Below are positions 27,796-39,700 of a DNA stretch of 64,000 nt, one piece after another. Under the pieces are notes generated by a model. It saw only the letters and a list, made by a program, of their open reading frames with translations. It ran no database searches and had not been told where the DNA came from. The translations under genes and the position numbers were made by a program. The DNA comes from Lingula anatina (lineage: Eukaryota > Animalia > Brachiopoda): the NCBI GenBank assembly GCA_051362555.1, contig CM120640.1:17980001-18044000 (forward strand), read 5' to 3'. How positions within the stretch are numbered: position 1 is the first letter of the stretch; each line of letters begins with the position of its first letter.

Positions 27796-30700
27796 GCAGC
27801 TTTTAGACTTTTCCTAAATATCTTTTATGCTATATTATTCCAGATAGAATAGACATTGTAAAAGATCCCATATCCTCTGGTGACTACAGGAAAGAGGAAG
27901 ACCCTAAATTATTTAAATCCAAGACCGGGCGAGGACCTCTCTCTGATGACTGGCTACAAGAACACATAGACCAGTCTAAGAACCCAGGTTCTTCAGGCAC
28001 CAAGATCATGTGTGCATATAAGCTGTGTAAAGTTGAGTTTAGATATTGGGGAATGCAGAGCAAGATTGAGAGATTCATCCATGAAATTGGTGAGTTGTCT
28101 TGGCTATGTGATAAATGACTTTCTTTTTCACTATGTTATTGTGCTAAGGATTTTTATGGAGAGAGGCAATGTGCCTGGACATATAACCATCACCTGCATC
28201 TGTCAGCACCCTTGGTGTTTCTTTGCACTTTCTTGAATTTTTTGCTCATAAACAAAATGAAAGGAGAACTGTCTTGTTTATAAATATTCATAGATGTTTA
28301 TAAATATTCATTAATATTCATAGAAAATTACAGTGCATATTTTTCCATTAATAAAATGTGTTCTTTTGCATTACTTACCATAAATTTCAATGGCAGCAAA
28401 GCTGTTGTTCTTAGCTTTTGTCTTGTTCTGGGTAGCTTGGACCAATAGTAAAATTTTACACAATATATCACTGCTGGAGGTGATTAATAATTCCTGTTTA
28501 TGGTGGTATTATGTAGGTCTGCGTAAGACCATGCTGCGTGCACATCGACAGGCATGGAGCTGGATGGATGAGTGGTATGGACTAGAACTCAGTGACATAC
28601 GCAGACTGGAGAAAGAAACACAGGAAACATTAGCAAAGAAAATGAAAAGCTTCATGAATGAGAATGATGACAGCATTATCAGTGATAGTATCAGTAACAG
28701 TGTTACTCCAGCTAGGAGTTTACCTGTCAATGAGTCCAGTGCTACTCTGACTGAGAGTGACAGTATAGCCAAGTCCACAGAGACATTGACCAAGTCCACT
28801 GGGAACCTTAGTGAGGGCTCCAGTACTCCCACCACCCCGGTTAGGCGCATTTCCACATCTGGGACTGCTAAGAGAAAGTCCTGGGAAAATGCCGCATCTG
28901 CATCCAGGCGCTCACAGAGAAGTAGGTTGATGCATATATGTTTGGTGAATAGTACACACATTTACTTATATTTTGTAGCTAGTTTACTAGTTCACTTAGT
29001 TATTCTACTCAGAAATTTTGTTCATAGTTAAGAATCCTGTTTTCTCTTGATAGAGAAGTCTTTATATTATTTTCTAGCATTGAGACTTCCTGATTTTATC
29101 TTATCATTATTATGTACAGACACAGATGTGTCTGTACATATTGCCATCACCTGCGTCTGTCGTCGCCGTCGTCGCCGTCGCCGATGCCGATGCCGTCGCC
29201 GATGCCGGCGCCGTGCACTTTCAGCGTTAACACGATAAGTGGAAGAAAGTTTTACTTTTTGGCTTTATATTTACAGAGCTGATGAATATTCATAAAACCC
29301 AGGTCAAGTTCGAAAATCAGCATGATCGAGCCATTATTGTAGAAGTTATGCTGTTTTTTCACTTTTCAGCATATATACAACACTGTTAACACATTTCAAG
29401 GAAAACCGATAGGCCTGTTGTCATGAAACTCACAGGAGCAATCAATCTTACTAAAACGCAGGCCAAGTTCGAAAATCGGCACGATCGGGCCACTATTTTA
29501 GTAGTTATGCTGTTTTTTCACTTTTTAGCATATATGCAACACTGTAAACACAATATAAGAAAAACAGATAGGCCAATTGTCATTTAAACTCACAGGAGTG
29601 GTCAATCTTACTAAAATGCAGGTTGAGTTTGAAAATTAGCATAATTGGGCCATTATTTTAGAAGTTATGCTGTTTTTTCACATTTCCTTAGATTCAGTTC
29701 TTAGGCATGTTAACAGTTTCATTATTTAATTAATAAGAAATGTAAAAGTGTTTGTTTGACATTTTCTGCATCTTTACAACATTGTTAGTTGATTTCGTAA
29801 AAATGATGGTAAACTTGTTATGGTGTATTGTGTAATAAAGTGTCAAAAATGGAATTAAACTCATATCATTGCAGTTTGTCAGATTCAATTATTCAGTTTG
29901 TTTAGAAACTCAGAATGGAAGAAATTGGACATTTAACACTATTCTATTAATATTTTTCCCATCTCATCAATTTTCTTAGTTGATCATATATAAATGGCAG
30001 TAAATTGTTAATTTTGTTATATGTTAAAAAATTGTTAAAAATGGAAAAAAACACATTTCAGGACAGTGCTGTCTTGTTTCAGCATATATGCAACACCTAT
30101 AACACATTTTAAGGAAAATCAATTGGCCAATTGTCTTGAAATTCACAGTAGTGATCAGTGTTACTGAAATACAGATTAAGGTTTGAAAATAAGCTTGATC
30201 AGTTAGAGTTTGGTGAAGTTATGCCTTTTTTTGTATACAAGTGTTTTTACCTCAAATTTAATTCTCAGGCATGTTAACAGTCTCATTTTTGAACTAATTA
30301 GATATGTTAAGTTGTTCTTTTGACATTTTCTGCATCTAACAACCTTGTTAGTTGATTATACAAAAATGATGGCAAACCAGATATTGTGAATTGCGTAATA
30401 AGTGTCAAAAATGAAAAAAAAAAAAAACAACTCATATCTTTACAGTTTGTCAGATTCAACCATTCACTATGTTCAGAATCTCAGAAAGGAGCAAGTTGGA
30501 CATTTATAATTGTTCTATTGATATTTTTGCTTTGACAACATATTTTTTGATTGATCATATAAAAATGACAGTAAATTGAATATTTTGTTTTATGTAAAAA
30601 AGGTGTTGAAAATGGAAAATAACTCTTTCAGTATAGTTTTCTCTTGTTTACATTTTTGGATGTTCAAAGTATGACTCTGAACTGTATGGGCTAGTCACAT

Positions 30701-33700
30701 TTTCTGAATATCCATGATACTTTGATTTTATTATTAAAAAAATTATGGTTGTTATGCTGTTAAGCATTGTGTAATATTGCATCAAAATTGAACAAAACAC
30801 TATTCTGGGCACTGCCTTCGTAGTGGCCGTGAAAGGAAAACCATGTCACTTGCTCTTCTCACACTAACAGGAAAGAAACATAGGACTGAAATACAGCTTC
30901 AGTTGAAAAATTGTCTCATTAGTTAATTGTTTGGAAGTAATACAGGTTTTTTTGTGAAAATTTTTATCTATCACAGGTAGCAATTTTCAATGTGGGACTT
31001 AGAGCTCCCTTGGGCATGAAGCCCAGTGGTGATCAAATTTTCTTAATGTCCATGTTTTTAATAGAAGATATTTTAAAATTGGTGGTATTTATACAGTTAA
31101 TCGTGTAATGTTGCATCAAAATTGACAAAAAACCTACTTTATGTCTGCCACCATTAATATTATGTAAAGTAGTGTTACTTTCTATTTTTTTAACTATTCT
31201 TACAAGAATGATTCTTAAGATTGACATATAGCTCATATTAGAGAACCAGCTCTATTGGATTATCATTTTTATTAAATTTATGAATTTTTTGTGAAATTTT
31301 CATTTTTCTCATTCTGGCACTTTCTAATTGTAAACTTGAACTCTGATGGGCCTGGAGCCTTATGCTTTTACTTTCATCAGTGTTACCTGTTGTGCATAAT
31401 TAAAATTTGATGTTGGCTGTGCAGTTAAACATAATGTATTATTGCATCAGAATTGGCAGTCTCCTGTTTTATTTTGTGCATTATTGTTTTCTGCTTTTCT
31501 TAAGGTGTGACTTATGGGCCTGAAGACCTTTGATAGACAAATTTGTGTGGTCAGTCTGTAAATTCCCCTTGGGTATTCACTTGGCTAATTTCAGTGCTAT
31601 AAACTAATTTGCCTAATTAAGCGGCCATTAAATGAAATTTCATAAAGCACACTTGTTGATATTTCCCTGTAAACTCCCAAAGGTTAAGCTCTCTGCTAGA
31701 TAACATAGTGTCCATAATAAGGAAGCAGTGAATAGCAGATTCATTGGAATTATATTTTTGTTGTTTTCTTTTTAATTTTTTCTCCAACACTGGCATTTTT
31801 AAGATGTGATTTTTAACTCCCATCCACCTGAGGCTCTGCATGCACATTTTCAGTATTTCCACATAAGCAGTTGTATTGGTATTTATGTCTTTAAACATGC
31901 TGTAATATTATTTTATGCACTGTCATCATTTTTCATATATTGGGACTTTTATCATGTGAATTTTAACTCTCATGGTCCTGAAACTGTAATCTTATTGAAG
32001 GGGTGGATTGAGACCATCTTCTGGGTCTCCTGGAAGACAGTCAGATTTTAAAGTTTATATTAACGAGTTTCTGTTGGAAGACCATCAAAATGGAAGATGG
32101 ATCAACAAAGATACTTTGGAATACTGTCAGAAAATATCTCTGGATCTGCTCCTGTTATTGACCATGTTACCTGTTGTGCAAGATTAAAAATCAGTGTTGA
32201 CTGACTGTGCTATTATAAGCATTTATTATTGCTTCAAAATTGACAAAATGACCTATTTTGCATCTTTTTTTTTCTGTTTTCTGTCTGTACATTTGACAGC
32301 TTTGCTGTCTTGTCAATTTTAGATAGTCTCCCCTTTTATAAAATAGTTTAATGCTAAAAAATTGGTCCTTAGGTCAGTTATTGTAAATGAAATATTGAAA
32401 AGTGGGAAGAATTGGAATACTTGGGTTATGTAGTGTAAAAATGTGTTAGGTGTGACAGCAGATAGTGATAGTCCAACAAACTTTTATGCATTTAACATAT
32501 GTTATAACAGCTCAGCTAGAAGTGGGTTACCATAGCAACTTAATTTTAGTATTTTGCAGCATTTGTGATTTATGTCTCCAGCACTTTCAGATAGTGATGA
32601 CCTCTTTAATATGATATGGTATTAAAATGCAAGTTTATCAGGGAGTTTCTGTGACTGTCTGCTACTGCCCCTAATGAATTGAAATAGTCAGAATATTCGA
32701 TGTAGTAACACTTGAATTTGATACACACGACCAGCACACAGTGGTAATGGAATCAGCAACTGTTAACTGTGCAACTCAACTAACCAATTGAACCATCAAA
32801 AGGCATCTCTTACAGTCTTCATTGTGCAGTCTCAGAAAACAAGGAGAATCAATATATAGATGTCTCTGGGGAAGTTTTTTGTCTTTGATGGATTTAATGT
32901 TACAAGGTCAGCAATTGAATTTGTGTTTTTTCCCTCCTGGTTATCCTCACTCTCATCTCAGTGAAATATCAGAATGACCTTTTCATATCTTACGAGATGG
33001 TAATCAGTGCTCTGCCCCAGGAAGTCACTACAAATTGGGCAATTCTAAGATGGAGAAATTGAAAGGTTCAGAGAACTTAAAAAGGGCGGAGGGTGTTTCA
33101 TGTACGTAGGAATACTAGTACTAAGATGTGATACTGCAGACAGCAGGATATGCATTATGGAGAGAGCAATATCATGTACTTTAATGTGGAACGACTCGAA
33201 ATAATGGACATAGAGAGAGTGATGGTTTGCCGGTCAGGTGTAGTAAACAGTGGAGCTATTTCTGTCAGTACTTGTAAATTTTTGCATTTACGGTATACTT
33301 GCTGCAGTCTTGTATTCATCTTAGGTTTCTATAATTTTTATCACTCTCTGTTTTGATTTCAGTTGGAAATAGGTTTAATTTATTCAGTTTTTCTTTTTTG
33401 TTGTAATTCTCTGCAAAAAAATCAATGGGGAAATGTCACATTCTTTACTTGTGAGTGTATATGATAGAGGCCATATCAATTGCCATTAGATTAATTTTCA
33501 TAGAAGTGTTGTTGGGAGGGGAGGGGGTTTAAAATTAAACCTGCAGGTGCTTTGTGTTGATTACATTAAAACCTCACTTGGGTCTCCCAAGAGAGAGTAT
33601 TTGCATTTTAGAGTGCACAAAAACCTATCATGGCTGTGTGAAAATGTATAAATTTCTGGGAAATAGGAACAAGATTTTTTAAAAAGAAAGGAAGCTGCTT

Positions 33701-36700
33701 TGTGAAATTTTGATACATGTTCTCAACAGCAGAGGCAAGCTTGAAATTAGTTGTGCTTGTAGAAGCCCTCATGTGGCATCTTAGTTGAAATGTGAGCTTT
33801 TTCATCAAAGTATAAGATATATATGTAGTAATATTTACCCATGGTATACCTATGATGAGACAGCTGACGAGAGTCAGCATGGATTCCCTTAAGTGCAGGC
33901 TTGTGTCACATACATTTACTAATGCACACGTACAGTGAAACTCAGCATGGGAATAGGTTATCAAACAGCTCCATATAGGATCTGAGGGAAAACTGAAAAG
34001 GAAGTTTTTATAATTCAGGTAATTTTATCACAACTTTACATGTAGAACAGAGTCAGGAAACAAGTATTTGATGACTTTATAATCATCAAAGTATGGATGG
34101 TATATTCTCTCTCAATATTTGCAGTTCTAATGTAGGTTGAAGTGAGCTGAGTACTGATGAATATGTTCTCTATGGTATAAATGGAGGTATAAATGGCAAT
34201 ATAGCTTGATAGCAATGTCAGGTAGAAATCTAAATAACACATTGGGGTTTTAGTGCTGAAAAACATTCACGCTAAAGGGCCAGTGTATGCTATCATCTAG
34301 AGGTTACATATGTAGCATTAATTTCCCAGAAATTTCCAGGAGATTCTGAGTACGATACAAGTTTTTGTTGTAGTTTTGATCATTTATTGTTCATACAGCA
34401 TTAGCAAACTGTAGGCTGTGTACATGGTAGATTACCACATACAGCTGGGATGCTTGGGAATATATAAAAAGTTTGACATTTTTAAAAATCTGCCTTAGAT
34501 ATAGAAAATAACACTTGTCCAAATTTTTATTCTGAAAGAATACAGTTTTGTATTACCATTTCGTCTGTCAAGTTTGTGAATCCAATGCTTTAGTTGCAAT
34601 GCTTAGAGCAACAGGGCGCAAATTAAGTGCAACCCATGTCAGTCTTCGTCTGGTTTTGATGAACTTTGTGACTATCACTCTGGGAAAATCCAGTTCATTT
34701 CAGTTTCTGCTTCATTTATCCCATCACTAGAGAGAAACCTACTTTCACACTGATATTGACTTCTCTATGGCACTGCAACCTTTTAATAAATCACTGATGA
34801 AATACACCAGATAAAGAAAAACGCAGTATGTTCATCACTGACAGTGTCTGGGTTTCCTCAGAAATTGTTGAAATTTTAAAATAATTTCTTAGAGTAGTAT
34901 ATATATTCATTTATTCAAGGTCCATTCTGGTTATATATGTCAGGTAGGGTACTGAATTGGACTGATTCATTATCTGCTGAGAATTAATACTTTATACACA
35001 ATGAGTCTGTAATTTTCATAACATGTTCATAAAAGATGTAGCACATGTATGTTTCCAAGTTGTCCTGTCAACCACATTATATTGCCAGGACTTATTGCAA
35101 TGTATAAGCCATTTGTGATATGTGGTAATGTTTGTTTCAAGTAATTGAATGTGATTTTATCTTTTATTTGAAATGTGTGTCAGATGAAATATATTTGTAT
35201 ATAAATGCTTCTAGGAAAAAGTCTGATCTGGATAATTAATGGGATGCTGGTTTCACATTCATCTTGTTCTTGTTATGCTTTTGTTAGATATAGTAGTTAC
35301 TTCACTTAACTGCTGTGTGTGCCGATCAGGATTTTTTTTTTTTTTTTGCCAGTATATGGTTGCTGTGTGTGCGAATGTGTGTGCATGTGTGTCAGTAGAT
35401 GATAATGCTGCTTTCATGTTTTGTCTGACATTTATTTCAGGTTCATTAGGTAGTATATGTACTTTTTCAGTATGTGTACAACTGTATGTTTGTGTTTGCA
35501 TATGTGTATGTGCAAGCTTATGTGTACGTGTCTGTGTGCTGATGTATGTATATTTTTTGTACATTTATTCTATAAGGCATACAGTGGGTTAGGTATAAAT
35601 AATGTGGTAGTTAACAGTGAGTTTATTCAGTACCTCCATATGATGTTTATAATGTTTCCACTGCTCTGTTTTTTTCAGGTTCATCTCGCAGCATGTCAGA
35701 CTGGGTGGTGGAGAAGATAGAGGATCTTGCAGACACCTCTGATGAAGAATTCTTTGATGCACAAGGTGAGTGAGGTGTCAATTTTTGTTTGTTTCAGCTA
35801 AATAACATTTATATTTTTGCTCCAAATTAATGGTTTACACAAAAATGGTCAACTATTTACAACTGTCATTGGGCATGTAGAGTAACCTATCTAAAGGATT
35901 TGGCAAGAATTAAGTATGTATGAGCGCAGAAGAAAATGAGATAGTTTTAACAGACTTGTGAAGGATGAAATGAATTGATCAATAGCAACACATTAACAAA
36001 TTAGAGATAGATAAAAGACCATCCTAGTGCCAGTTTATTGCCTGGGAATTGAGTATGTATGAATCTATTATATCCTATTACCAACATGATTAAGAATGTA
36101 TTTGCCTGAACTGAACAATACATTAGACATGGGCTTTTTCTGGAAAATCACAGCATTCCAAGAATTTTAATTCAATTCTGATGATGACCTCTGGGGCCCT
36201 TGTGTGATGAAGTGTTGTTGTCCCAGGATTAATCTTTACATATTTTTTAAAACCCATGGTCATGTCTGATGCATACAATATCTTGACTTTCAAACAATGC
36301 AGTATAGTTTGGCACTTCATATATAATAGGGAAATGATGACTTTAAACAATAAAAAGGTCTGAGATAGTACAGCTTTGTCACTTAGAGCAAAAAAGATGA
36401 GGGAAATCATATCCTGCATTGACATGCAGAAAAATTACTATTGATAGATACATTGCAGCAAAAAAAGTTCAGATGCCTGATTTTGATGCCTTCTAATTAG
36501 GCCAGCCAATAAACAACTTAGGTTGGAAAAAATTGGTGACAAAGGTTTCTCAACTGATTCTGGTCCGTTGAAGGCCCAATATAGCCCAAAAAATTTCCCC
36601 CATGAATCCCCCCATGGCAAAGTATCATTTTCCACAAAAATCCAAAATGGCCGCTATTGAATGGGGTGGGTGGAATTGAAATCCATAACTTGGGAACCCA

Positions 36701-39700
36701 ATGTCACAGAAACATGTTTTAAGTATCAACTCCTACTAAGTGAGGGATCCCCAATCTTTTGCAACTAGTCTCAAGGTCACTGGAGGTCAAGGTCATGACC
36801 TTATTACAAGGTCAAGGCATTTTTGGAGGAAAAAACCCATAATGTCTATATGACAGTTTCCCAATGTAACAGAAACATGTTTTAAGTATCAACTCCTATT
36901 AAGTGAGTGATCCCCAATCTTTTGCAACTAGTCTCAAGGTCACTGGAGGTCAAGGTCATGACCTTATTACACGGTCAAAGTATTTTTGGAGGAAAAAACC
37001 CCGTAATGTCTATATGACAGTTTCCCAATGTCACAGAAACATGTTATAAGAAACAATATCAACCAAGTGGGACACTGCCAAACACTTGCAACTATTTTCA
37101 AGGTCACCAGAGGCCAAGATTATGAAAAAATTTCAAGGGCATGGTATTTTCCAAGTGAATTATATCATATTATCTATAACTTGGTAACCGTATGTCACTA
37201 AAACATGCATGTTTAATGTATCAATTCCTACTAAATGAGAAGTCAACAATCAATTGCAACTAATTTAAAGGCCACCAGAGGTTAAGGTTATGACCGCTAA
37301 TTACAAGGTCGTGAGATTTTCAAGCAAAATTCCATAATTTCTCAATTACCAAATGTTACAGAAACGTGTTTAGCGTGTTAATAATGCCTTGTAAATGGGG
37401 TCCTGTTTATCATTTGCAACTATTTCCAAAATCTAGGAGGTACAGGCTTGACCTTATTGCAAGGTCATCATGAAATTTAATGAAAATTTGATTCTAGGGT
37501 GATCTAAGTACAACACATAAGATTGTTTAAGAGCAAAATATGCATTTCCATTCTTTATGACAAATGTTACATTTTAAAGAGCGACCTGAGCCCATTGTTG
37601 TTTGATGTAAAAACTTCATTTTAATACAGGTACTACTGGCATAAGCTCTCTTCTTGTCTGCCCAATGATTGACCTAAAGCCTTCTTGTCCCACCTTTGTA
37701 TGTATGATCTACTTTGGAGTATCTGTGTGCCATTGTAGAGAGGAGATAGTTGATAAAACACATTTATTTGCCCATTTAATCAGTATCTTTGTTTGGTTGC
37801 TTTTATGACAACCAAAGGCTAGCCATTACTGAATTGCCAATGGTAAAATGTGTTGATTCTTAATGGTTGATTCAATACCTATAGCTCCGACTCTGCTCCA
37901 TCATGGATGGGTGAGGTCTAAAAGCTATACCCTCTCCCAAGCCTACTGAGCATGCTGTCGCAAGCCGATACTTGGGTTAATTGGGTAATTTTAATGTGGT
38001 GAGTGGAAAATTAGTAACTTGTCTTGTGTGAAGACAAACTTGTAGATGGTGCCCTTTGAGCGTCATTTCAGCATCTGTTTTCCTAAATATCCCAATTCTT
38101 GGTCCTGCAGTGGGATTCTGAAATAAGCAGCAGGCCACTTGCTGAGGAGAACTTGTTCATCACAAGTGAACTCTCTATTAGAAAGTGTAATATGTTTTGG
38201 TCGACAAACTTTGAAGCTGCTGTTTTTTTGGTGTGCTCATCTGTGTCAAAAGTAGTTATATGTTTTCATATCATGCCAGCTCCTGTCAGATTATAGAACT
38301 AGTACTGAGACATGATCGCAAACTGGAAGTTTTTATCAGGTCTGTTAGGATAGGAAACTGGCTACAGGCTCTCACCATCATCCTTGGTTTACTTTGCTGC
38401 ATCTCATTCGACAGTCATTGTGAAAAGCTAGCAGTCTCAAAAGGGGGGAGGGGGGCTTTTTCTGAAAAAGTGGACCTAGAAATATTTGTGTACCTAGATA
38501 ACATTTTACCCAGAATGCCACTGGCTACAGGCCTGTATTTGATGGTCAAAGCACCAAGGACAAGGGACGTACAAACAGTTGTAGCTGTGGGCGAGGATCT
38601 AACTTTGTATCCTTCAGTTTGAAGCTCATCTTGTAGAAATAGCCTTCTAACAAATATCAGTTGATCAGGTGGTAATAAATGCTTATTGAATGTTGTGCAT
38701 TAATGCAGACTGCCTTATCCTCAAGTTGCATTGAAGTAAATAGTCCAACTTATCTGCAGAGGACACATTTGCCTTTTAACCACTGTCTATCATGCAGTCA
38801 AATTGCTCCTTGAATTTGTCCAGGAAAATGTATTTCTTCTCTGAAAGGGACTCTTTTATTTGACCCATACCTAACACTGCTATGCCACAACAACATGTAG
38901 ACCTACTGTTAGTATAGAGACCCACAGCTAGCAATTGTGATAAACTTGTGGCTAGTAAGTTTGAAGATTCGAGAGAAGCACTGGAAGTGTATATCAATGA
39001 GAAATCAACATTTGATGGTTTTTAAAAGCTAGAGAGAAACGGTTACGGATGTGTAAATGGTGTAGCAAATGGTGTAGCAACCTGTCTTCTGGGCAAGAAG
39101 ATAAATACCATAAAAAGGTGCCATTCCACCTGGTTATATCCCCCCCCCCCCAGCCTGTGGCCAATATAAAATGTCCTCATTTCTAATTCCATAATATTTT
39201 AGCTAAATATTTATGTACCCAAATGAATTAATTCCCCCATTGCAGTATTACAGAATGCTGTAATAAGATTTTGAATATTCCATTTTTTTACATGTCTTAT
39301 GTGAGGCTACAATGGTTATTGTGTAATAGGCTGTCTTTGCCCAGTATGAAACAAGTTTATATCATGTTATTAAGCTTTAAAGGTCTCCCACATGTATCTG
39401 AAGTTTTTGAAGAAATGTAATTTATCTTGGGGGAAAAAAGCACAAAGCATTGCTCGACTCCTCCCTGCAATAGAATAGGAAGTTTTGAACAATGTAGTTC
39501 TGACATATAGTGGGATATTCACACAAGGTTCAGGTACTTGATGTTTTTTTTTTCACTTTTAGTTCCTGTATAATGTAAAACACAGCTTTATTTAAACATA
39601 TATCTGTATAACACTTAGTGATTTTGAAATGGGTACAGTATACCCTTAAGCCTTGTAAACCGAATGTCATTGATTTAAATGAGTACTATGCAGTAGTGCC

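Noticed and set aside
28509-28961. 150-aa minus-strand ORF
   Set aside because: Antisense shadow of the Ser/Thr-rich rdgB exon; the same applies to 44429-44665, 50117-50320, 53534-53770 and 59291-59500 over other exons.
29047-29238. Arg/Cys-rich protamine-like ORF ([19 protein letters not shown])
   Set aside because: Translation of the HINE microsatellite; TTG start and no gene context.
35239-35592. Cys/Val-rich ORFs on both strands
   Set aside because: Degenerate (TG)n low-complexity intronic sequence.
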